Shown piece by piece: positions 1 through 9,574 of a DNA stretch of 64,000 nucleotides (position 1 is the stretch's first letter; each line of letters opens with the position of its first letter). The stretch is from Perkinsus olseni (taxonomy: Eukaryota): assembly GCA_013115125.1 (NCBI GenBank), contig JABANN010000031.1, positions 1-64,000 of the forward strand. The letters run 5' to 3'. The translations under genes were made by a program, and so were the position numbers. The notes below the pieces were generated by a model. It saw nothing but the letters and a program-made list of their open reading frames with translations, was not told the DNA's origin and made no database searches.

Positions 1-111
1 TCCTCGTTCATAAATGCTTCGTTTACCTTATAAATAACACGTAGAAAGCTCGCTTTTGAAACCTTGCTATTCCTCGAGCGTAGTGAGGGACGTGGTGCCT
101 CTGACTAAGAG

Positions 112-149
112 CTAGAGAACCCCGGAGCGAAGCGACGGGTTCTGCTAGT
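112..149 (+). mobile_element. Probable Helitron 3' terminus (hairpin followed by CTAG|T)
   Basis: AGAACCC (116-122) pairs with GGGTTCT (137-143) around a GAGCGAAGCGAC loop. CTAG follows at 145-148, then T. The element body would lie left of the window. Confidence 0.5.
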
Positions 150-609
150 CTATCCTGACGCGAAACGGTTTCAATCTTAAACTACTTGAAGATCTTGCAT
201 TTCCTGCACGCACATTTCCGTGCAACTTGCACGAAACTTCGCGCCTGTCCCTCATAGGAGGTGAGTAGCAGCAAGGAGCATGTAGACCGTCATGTTGGCC
301 CTCGGCCAAGCGCGGCCAGGCCCCGAGTGGTCACGTAAACACCCTGGGAAAAAAGCGGGCCGAAGGCCCGCGTAATACCACCCCTAGCGCGCCCGCCAGG
401 AGTTTGCCTACCTTCGACCCGAAAACTGCCCACGTTGGGGCCGGTAAGCTGAGAAGGGTGAGCACAGTACCAGCAGTAGAGGGCAGCGGTCGGTGGTGAG
501 TCTCGCTGGCACCATCCCGGGGGCCGAACCACTCAAGGACCTCACCAGACCCGTGAGGACGAAATCCGAGAGAGTGTCACGCGCCACAAAATTCTCAGGC
601 ATGGTTAGA

Positions 610-770
610 CTGTTCCTGAAATTTACGTTCCTGGGAACGTGTTCAGGAAAGTGCTTAGCGTCTTTTGAACATTCCTGGGCACGTTCCTGGAAATGTTCCT
701 AGGAACGTTCCCAGCGCGCGTTTTTTGAACAAGATTTGTGCACTCCCGTTTCTGGGAACGTTCCTGAAAC
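610..770. repeat. Degenerate ~12-bp tandem repeat with palindromic units
   Basis: Consecutive units ACATTCCTGGGC/ACGTTCCTGGAA/ATGTTCCTAGGA/ACGTTCCCAGCG at 669-716, with further copies near 612-645 and 748-768. Confidence 0.7.
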
Positions 771-1422
771 TCAGGATCGGTTATTGAACAGCCCGTATGA
801 CTTGGAGGGTAATTCCCCTCCCACATGAACCCGAAAGCGTCTACGTCGCGTGGGAGAGGCCACCGTAAGGTGACTCGGAATTCGGGCAATCGAAGGCGAA
901 GACCTACCCAATCGGGTCATTAGCTGCTCTTCATCTTGAGTCGCTATATGGGGAGTTAAGGGAAGTCTACTTGACTTGTAAGTCCCCTCGCTGAACAGTT
1001 TGAGTTGAGTAATTCCCAAAATCCAAGGGAGAAGTACAAAATCCAAGGAAGTGTTTTCAGGGATCTGCATTACCTGGGCAACGGTTCGGGTTTCTGGTTT
1101 ACCTGGGTAACAGTTCCGGGATCGGGTTGCCCTGTCAGGTTTCGGGAGGGGTTTCTGGTTTCCCGTTCCTGCCTTCACCCGCAATTCAGGGGTTTTTTGT
1201 GGCTTTTGCCCCCCTGTCGCATGCGCTTCCCTGTCGCTCGGGACTGTAAGAAATTCTTCCTAAGAACGCCTTCCTTGAAGGTGAAGGAGCAACTTGTACG
1301 TTTTAGGGCCTCTGGTGACGTCGGTACCGTGCCGACGACTCGTCGGCAATGGCTGAGGGCTGGGGAAATTACCAGCAGTTCCTTGGTGACCCTCGCCCTT
1401 CCGCAGGAAAGAAGGGAGGTGA

Positions 1423-1479
1423 GTTGGACTGGATTGAGAGTCTCAATCCAGTCCAACAGTGGGTCTCAATTTGAGACCC
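1423..1479. repeat. Two adjacent perfect inverted repeats
   Basis: GTTGGACTGGATTGAGA-g-TCTCAATCCAGTCCAAC (17-bp arms, 1423-1457) and GGGTCTCAA-t-TTGAGACCC (9-bp arms, 1461-1479). Confidence 0.9.
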
Positions 1480-2529
1480 TAAGGCAGTCCTGTTGGAATG
1501 TGGCGCCATGCAGCCAACAGTTTTCAGTGGAGGTGCCTTCCAACGGCCTAATTGCCCATCGAAATTAGGACACCCAGTTTGTTTTCTGGTCGAGGCGAAG
1601 CGGACGGCAGCGGCTGCCACCCCAGGAAGGCGGCGGCATTCACCAGCAATCCATTTTCGGGCAGCATGGTCGGCATAATTTTGCCCCTCTGAAGTGGGTG
1701 GAGGTTAGGGTGTTTTAAGTTGAAACTTTTAACTGAGATGTGCTACAATATGAGGCGAAGTCAGAGTAGCGCCGTGTTTACAAACAGGAATGAAGATATT
1801 GAAGCATCAGGAATGCCTTTGCAAACGGCTGATGACCGCGAGACCTCACGACACTCTGCTTCGCAATGGCACGCCAGTACAGCATCGGCAGTTATCCTAT
1901 CTATGAAGGTTGAACACTCGTCAACTGGGAGACCCGAATCAAGGCAGGACGACGTCGCGATCTTCGGACAGCCAATCAGTCGTTAGAATCAGTCACTATG
2001 TAAATATCTCGTCACGAATCTGGAAGCGCTATACCAACCTCAACAGCTAAAATCCTTTCGCCGCCGTATTACTGCGGGTCGAATCGAGACAGTCCGCAAG
2101 TACATGTATCATGTAACATGATACTTCTCATTTTCAGCATTTGTTTGTGGGCCCCCCCGAGTGTGGAGCTCATGTCCTTGAGAAAGCCGCGATCAAATGT
2201 ATGCGGCGATTATCGATCATCGATCAGCTCAGGAATTGCTTGGTCGTTTACGCTGCCATCCTGCAGTAGAGGTTATGAGATCCTGTCGGTGCCGATGTGT
2301 ATTACACGATGATCGTTAACTCACAGCCTGCTCAAACACCATCTTCGCATACTCAAGAGACTCAGCCCTGTTGTGTAAAAGAGAAGGCGATGTAGGAATG
2401 TCAATCTACTATACCATTCAGAAGTCTATTTGGCGTGTAAGGCCGTATATATGGGGCTGGATTTCACGTTGCCGGGTTGAGACAGCATGTTGGCGGAAGG
2501 GTAGAGATGGGGGGATACAATTGGCGGAT

Positions 2530-2644
2530 AAGGAAGTCATTTTAGCGACCGACCTCAAGTAAGGAAATCAATTTAGCGAACAAGGCCCTCAATTTCATCA
2601 TTAAGGAAGTCAATTTCGCTGATAAGGATATTAATTTCGCGGAT
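2530..2644. repeat. Degenerate 21-bp tandem array
   Basis: Units AAGGAAATCAATTTAGCGAAC / AAGGCCCTCAATTTCATCATT / AAGGAAGTCAATTTCGCTGAT / AAGGATATTAATTTCGCGGAT at 2561-2644, plus one copy starting at 2530. Confidence 0.75.
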
Positions 2645-3369
2645 CAACTTTGACCCGGAATCGTCGGACATGTAACTCCGCACGACTCTTTTCCGACCAC
2701 CTGTCCCGGGAATTATCTCCATAGTTCAGCCCAGAAATATTCTCGGGTAAGAGAAGGAAGGAATTATTCCAAGAAATATTGGCAATATTATATTGCGTCT
2801 TTTTTCGGGAATCATGGGAATTGAGTGTCACATACCGATGAGGCTGCTGTTCCTTGCGGCCTCCTGATGTTTCTGTTGCTATCGTGCTCATATTGGGGGA
2901 GGAAAGAACGATTCTTCCTCACCCTTCAGCCGCCCTGGATACTTTCGGCGTGCCGCCGAAATTCGTGTTACGGTAAAACAGCTTTTCCCGGTGAAACTTT
3001 CACCGCGGATGCTCGGCTGCCCTGCGGAATTTATCTTACCAAGCTGTAGTAGTTTTAATATTCACCCCGTTCAAAACTGAACTCATCACCATCTGAGTCT
3101 AGGGAATGGACTTATTCCAAAAAATGGGGGTATGAAAAACCCACTATGGGTGGATCTATCGCGGGCGGCCCGAGCCAAGCCACCTACCTGGATCGAGCCA
3201 ACCTATCACAGAGTTTAGCGAGAAAGTACGGCCATAGCTCGGCCCGAGGCTCGAACCCCGAGCAAAAGTATGCGTGCCGACAAATGTACAAAAGGACACT
3301 GAGAGGCTCTCAATGGGGGCAGAAACAGCCGGACGAATCGGCGACCGCAACTAAGCGCAAAACCGATGG

Positions 3370-3813
3370 TTAGGTGTTATAAGGGAGATAATTGTCGATA
3401 TATTTTATATTGTCGAGAGTAAAGACCTTCTTCTTTACCCCGTCCAGTTCCAGGTAGACTTTATCTTCCCTAGCTGCGATTACAATGAAGGTAGAGCCTT
3501 CCGTCGGCACTTCAGAGCTTGGACAGGTCGCCGCCACTTCGCCGATGAACCTTATGTAGTCTGCACCTCCGCCGAACACAGAATTGGTTAACTCGCCGAC
3601 GATTAACTCGCTTATGCGGAATTCGTGTTGGACACCAACCGGCTCACCAGAATAGTCTTCACAGGAGAAGGTTATCATCACGTCTTTCGGTGTAATCTCC
3701 ATCTTCAAGGCGAAGTAGGCATCGTAAAAGACATATGAACCCGGGGCCAGGTCTAGGGCTCTTCTGAAAAATGTAACCTCTTTCCCTTCGAGTATAGTCT
3801 TGAAAGATATCGT
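3370..3813 (-). pseudogene. 3' part of a host gene of unknown function, cut by the LINE insertion
   Basis: Protein-like ORF (…ISFKTILEGKEVTFFRRALDLAPGSYVFYDAYF…CP…). Its apparent start codon lies inside the antisense LINE 5' UTR, so the true N-terminus is missing. Confidence 0.5.
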
Positions 3814-3832
3814 GTAGCCATCTTGGCTCAAG
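3814..3832 (+). other. Spliced-leader relic (Perkinsus-type SL lacking its first 3 nt)
   Basis: GTAGCCATCTTGGCTCAAG equals nt 4-22 of the Perkinsus SL ACCGTAGCCATCTTGGCTCAAG (recalled sequence). It is followed by TCTACT rather than a GT donor, so it is not an SL RNA gene. Confidence 0.9.
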
Positions 3833-3858
3833 TCTACTAACACCCTTATCATCACACT

Positions 3859-6031
3859 ATGCCAGCCGATTCCTCATCCGGCGGAGAACGCGGCCTGGCT
3901 ATCCTATGCAACGGCACCCTCGACGACGGGTCCCTGGGACCAGAAGACATGGAAGTGCAGGATACTAACGTGGAAGTGGATACGCCCGGGACCCCTCCAA
4001 TCCCCGGGCAGGTAGGAAGTGGAGGGAACGTCTGCGAGGAATCTAACTCTCATACGGCGTCCCAGCATGGGAATAGAATAGATAAGCGCTCGACTGGCAT
4101 AGCGGACGACCTGGTGGCGGCGTGGGACTCAGCAGAATCCCTCATGCAAGAGTCGTCACTAGTCGGTGTGGCGATACCCGCGGGTATCGTGCGAGCATCA
4201 GGGTCTAGCACGGTACGAAGTGGAGGAGTAGTAGCCCTCCCGCCCTTTGGCGGGGCGTTAAATGGCGATTCCCACCACTTGACCCCACCCCGCGCCGTGG
4301 GAGAAAAGTCCGGGCGACATCATCTTACTCCGACTGTAAGTTAGTATCGGCTCTTCGAGACAGTAGGAAGCAACGCAATCACTGGGCTGATACGTGCCCC
4401 AATATCGAGAAATTGGTCCATCTTCAAGACACACTCAGAAGACTTGCAGCCCAGGACCCGTCGGCTGTGGCCGTTGACGAGCTCCTAGTGGCTTTGAATT
4501 CCGTCCTTGGACTTCTCACCTTATCGTACGCTACTAGCGTTGGGGAGTCGGTGTACTCAGTAGTTAAAGGAGGCCAAAGTTAAATGGCTCATGACAGCTA
4601 GGGGGCAGGCGCTCCCAACAATGGCTCCCAGGACCAAAGGGGGCAGAACGTCGCTAGTGGTAGTAGCATCGAGGACGCTCAGGCGCCTCCAGCCACACTT
4701 GTACCCTCTACGATTACAACGGCACTAGCAATTCGCGATCCAGGATTCGGCAGTTGAGGAGACGGTTCGAGAGTGCCTCACCGGAACCGCAACCATCACC
4801 TCGGGAAGAGAGCAGTTCTGCTCTGGAGCGGCAGCGAACTCGCACCGCTGAGGCGACCATAGTCCCTCCACCCTGTAGCAGATTTCGACAGCCGAGGCCT
4901 CAAGAGCAACGAGTTGAACCGTCCATACCCTCCCAACGGCGCGGAGGCGGACTCCCAAACAGCGTCGTTCAGACCAGACTCGGGCGCGAGTTGGCCCCTG
5001 AGATTAGGCGCGGCACCAATAGCCACGAACCCGTGAATTCTTGGGCAACGGTCGTCTCGCGCCGCCGCCCAAAAAACAAGAACATCACCGGGGCTGTGAA
5101 CACGGTTACCACGCCGGGCCAACCCTCGCGGCAGCCTAGAGCTGCTCTAGTAGAGCAGCCATGCAAAAAACTAGGCCAACAACGGGAAGGGTGGTGGAAC
5201 TACTCCCTCGAGAGCCAGGTCTACCGTTGACACCGAGGCAGTTACAGGAGATCAGGTCTCAAGCACTCAGTGCCCTTCCGGAGTCGGTGACGGTCGTGTC
5301 GACATTCCCAGTAGGAGGCGGGCTCGGCCTGACCCTTTCAAAAGCAGAAGAGGTTACTGTGGCCTGCCAAGCGCTGTCGTGTATGCGAGGATGGGTTGCA
5401 CGCCCACGACAGTCTCTCTGGCCTCGTATCATTCTTTTCAACACGAGCTGTCCTCGCTCGGCATCCCTCGACGACATCAACGCGTCGTTCAGGAAAGAGA
5501 ACCCCGACATCATAAATGCATGCGGGGACCAACATGGGAGCACTCAGATAGTGAAAGGCTTCTACTGGCGGTCGTCCGACGACATGGTAATCACAAGGTG
5601 CGACGACCGTCGTCGCACCTTGTGATTACCGTTGCACCAGCGGCATACGCCCATATTCGCGACCGCGGGGTTAGAAAGATCAAATTCTTTAGGCTTCTAA
5701 CGGCATTTTCTACAGCCGTCGGGCAGCCCTGCTGCTACTTCTGTGGGCAACTTGGACATATAATGTCCAAGTGCCCCGCAAAGGAGGGGGGAGGGTCGCC
5801 GCGATGTTGCAAATGTGCAGGAGGCCATAAGAGATTCGAGTGCAATTCCGACACAGCCAAGTGCATCACATGTCTACAATAATATTGGTACAGGGGCCAA
5901 CAATGGACCCTGACCATCAGGCTACTGATCCAAACTGTCCCCTAGCACAGGCTAGACTAACCCGTCTGCATCGAAGAACGGATTTCGGTAACCTAGCGAA
6001 GGAGCGGCGCGCTCATGGTCCGTCGCAATGA
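3859..6031 (+). pseudogene. LINE ORF1 (gag-like nucleic-acid-binding protein), broken by several frameshifts
   Basis: ORF pieces in shifting frames. Knuckles CYFCGQLGHIMSKC, CCKCAGGHKRFEC and CITC…HQATDPNCP. The final TGA overlaps the ORF2 ATG (ATGA, 6028-6031). Confidence 0.8.
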
Positions 6032-9000
6032 CCTGTATATACCAATTGAACTGTGGCAAGAGAACGTTCTCCGTCTCTAGCATACTTGGCATCCTTTCGG
6101 CTCTCGCCATTCTACCCTCCTGTCTAGCCCTCCAAGAATGCCCGGCGGATCTAGGTGAGCTTACGAAAAAATACTTGTGGTTTAGAGCAGACCGCGGTAA
6201 TGCGGCGGTCCTCGTTCGTCAAGACATCAAGTCGATCTCTTTGACCTGTGAAAAAGATCTGGTCGCGGTATCTCTGAGGGAATGCATCGTGATTTCGATG
6301 TATATGCACCCAACAGATATGGCCCAGAGAACTCACATTAAGGAGCTTCTTGGTAATTCAGCGCCTAGCTGGCACGTGCCTTCCGTTCTGTGCGCGGATG
6401 TCAACGCGTGGAACGCGCTATGGGGTTCCAGAATGAGCTCCTTCAACACTAAAAACCAGGCGTGGACCCGCGGTTCTAAACTACTGATGCTCTTAGAAGA
6501 TTTGGACTTCCAGGTGATCAATGACCCGGAGTCCCCACCGACATTCATAGGCGGCCGGGGTTGCTCCTGGATAGACATAACCGCGGTCCGGAAGTGGAAT
6601 AAGCCGACAAAATGGGAATTCAGTCCGGAAGGATCCGGTAGCGACCACAGGCTGATTATCACAACGCTGAAGCTACCAATCGATACCACCCAACGACTGG
6701 CTCTCCGACTCACCGACGTCGAGCGAGTCAGGAATCGAGTACGGAACTTCGTGGCTACCAACTCGACACCCACAGCCGTCTCTCTGGCAACAGAACTGTC
6801 CAGAGCCGTCCGCGAGAGCACGCCCACATTGTCATGTCGGCTCAAGCCTGGGTGGTGGACAACGCGGCTAGAGGGATTGAAGCAGCGGCTCAAGCGGCTA
6901 CAAAGAAGAGTGCACCGCCGCTTCTTGCGCGGGGCCCTCCGAGGGGATTTGGAGCAGGAGCTGAAGGACCTGCGTACCGCCTACAGGGCGGAACTGAGCG
7001 ACGCCAAGAGCAGAGCGCGCAAGAGATTTTTTGAAGGACAGGCGGACTACTGTAAACTGGTTCGCCCACCGCGCGTTTCTTCTGTACCTTCAAGTCTGGA
7101 AGGTTGCCCTGAAAGCGAGAATACCGCAGCTTTCATCCTGCGCCGCCTATTTCCGAGATTCGATTCGGGCCATCGGCTGCTGTGGCGCATCAGACATTTG
7201 CTTGGTCCCAATAGAGTGGTCCCTCCCGTCACCGTGCGGGAACTGGAGCAAGTCGTCAGCCGTTTCCGAGATGGTTCCCCTGGAGAGGACCATATAAATA
7301 ATGACATTCTCAAGCAAACCTTATCAGATTTGAAGGATGTGTGGGCTCGCACCTTCACGACACTTTTGAACGAACGCGTCCACCCTGAAGAGTTCAAGCG
7401 GGGCCGGGGTTTGCTCCTTTTGAAGCCTCACCGCGATCTAGCTAAAGTAAGCTCGTGGAGACCCGTGGTCTTGCAATCTTGCGTGAGCAAAATGCTGGAA
7501 GGTGTCGTGTCAGATCGGATCTACCACGAGATCGCCTCCTCGTTACACTGCCCCGGAATATTTGGATTTGTTCGCTCCAAGTCCAGTGATCAAGCGGTTC
7601 ACCGCATCTGCAGCCACTACCGCTCAGGGATGCAGCGGGGTCATGTAGTAGCAGTATGCTTAGACGTCCGGAATGCATTTAATTGCCTCCGGCATGACTA
7701 TATCATCAAGAGCCTAGTATTACTGAACACTTCGGAGTACCTCGTTAGCTTCATCCGTAGCTATCTCCATAATCAAAGTGTAACCGTCGAACTTGGGATT
7801 CACGACTCCTCGATAACCCTTCAAGTAGGGGTTCCACAGGGAAGCCGGTTAGGACCCTTATTATTCACAGCGAGCACTATAAGCCTCGTGCGGGAGCTGC
7901 GAAAAATCAGCGGCGTAGACGTAGTTATTACAGCGTATGCGGACGACCTCACAATCGTCCTCAGCGGTCCGAGCCGCAAACACATCCGCGGTCTATGGGC
8001 CCGCGTCAAAAAGTGCCTCAACAGATGGTGCGACGCGAGTGGCCTTACCATTGACATGGACAAGTCCAGCTGCCTATCCCCTCGCAAGCCGCCCCAACTA
8101 TCTTTGAAGGGGAAAGTACTTGAGCGTCGCAAGGTGGTGCGAGTTTTGGGGGTGCACCTGGACCAGCGAATGAACTTCCGATTTCACGTGAAAAACGACC
8201 TGCGAGGCTGCCATCCAGCGGCTCGGGAGGTTACGTCGGATGGGGATAGAAAGGGCTGGGCTCAGCAGTAGGGGGGTCATTGCAACATACGAGAAGTCAA
8301 TCATTCCATATATCTCGTATGGGGTGCGATCATGGCAATCCGTATTGGAGGATGAGCGGTGCCAGACTCTGTTATCCCGCGTCGCCGCATACGCGGCACG
8401 GCTGGCGTTAAAAGCTCCTCGACGAGCATCCAACTCAGCACTCATAGCTCTGTCTGGACTGACGCCAGCGCATCTGGTGCTTGCCGGCCTGGCGGCTATG
8501 GCGGGAGCGAGGCAAGACTCGACCCTCTCAATGCACGGTAACGGTGTTCTGAATGGCTGGTCGCCTCTGGAACCGATTGGCATGGAGGGGTGGCAGCTAC
8601 ACCCTCTGCCCCCGTGGGACGATGGGATGAGCATTGAAATCCAAACGGAGGAAGCGGCCACAGCATTTGCGTGCCTGGCTCCGAGCGGCCAGGCTATCTT
8701 TACGGATGGCTCCGTCAGTCCCTCAGTACATGCAGGAGCCGCCATAGCGGCATACTCGCAAGGCGGCGAGATACATTGCGAAGGCTACAAATTGCTTGGG
8801 CACTGCACAATTGCCCAATGTGAACTGATAGCCATCGAGAGAGCCATTTCCTATGCGTGCCAGCATCGAGGAGATGCTCCGCATGGGTGGACTATTGTGA
8901 GTGACTCGCAATCCAGCTTGCGCACATTACAATCCCGTAGACAAACTGAGCGAAACGCTGTAGCATGTAGGGTCATGTCTCACTTGGCAGACCTTGCACT

Positions 9001-9574
9001 AGGGAGCCGTCCGAGGCTCAAGTGGTGTCCTTCGCACTGCGGAATCATAGGCAATGAGAGGGCAGATGAATTATGTGGGAGTGCCTCATCGCCATTCACA
9101 TCGTTTCCGGTGGCAAGCGCTAGATCTCACGTTAAGGGTCTGGTTCGAGACATAGTTTCGGACGCTTCGTCCACGTGGTGGGCGGCCCGCAAGGAATCCT
9201 TAGGCTCCACCATACGGTCACTCTTCAGCACCTTCTCAGCAGCTAGGAAATTCTCAAAGTACGAGACGTCGCCGGCGCTCATGGCGCTTGTGACGGGGCA
9301 GCTACCGACACCGCATCTACGCCACCTACAGCGGCTAAGGGCGACACCAACGTGCCCGTGCGGGGCACCCGACGGCAGCACGATCCATCTGGCTCAAGAA
9401 TGTCCGCTCTTGGATAGCGCCAGGAAGGAGGCAGGGGTGAGCTCACAACTCCTCTTGAGTAAGTTAGTCACAGCAGGCAAGCAGAGGCGACGCTTGCTAA
9501 AATTGAGTGAGTTACTTCTGAAATTCTGCGTCGATCTCAGAGATGCGGAAAATGGTTCTGATCCTCCCCCGTAG
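6028..9574 (+). CDS. LINE ORF2: APE endonuclease + reverse transcriptase + RNase H + Zn finger; one frameshift near 8191-8195
   Basis: APE motifs QLNCGK, LQE, ADVNAWNALWG, SDHRLI. RT motifs GVPQGSRLGPLLF, YADD. RNase H motifs FTDGS, ELIAI, SDSQS, GNERAD. Zn finger CPC…H…C. Removing one A from the A5 run joins ORFs 6028-8271 and 8240-9574. Confidence 0.93.

Noticed and set aside
2530-2644. CRISPR-like array
   Set aside because: Units are degenerate and abutting, with no unique spacers and no cas genes; context is eukaryotic.
3225-3275. tRNA/B-box-like GGCTCGAACCCC
   Set aside because: No cloverleaf or A-box could be built.
290-3373. Short ORFs in the first 3.3 kb (e.g. 1005-1568)
   Set aside because: They overlap repeats and palindromes and have no recognisable motifs.
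3814-3900. SL RNA gene
   Set aside because: No GT donor after the exon's AAG, no visible Sm-site-like intron, and the first 3 SL nucleotides are absent.
9385-9398. CCATCTGGCTCAAG, similar to the short SL variant, inside LINE ORF2
   Set aside because: Only 14 nt and in frame within the Zn-finger codons (IHLAQEC); most likely coincidence.
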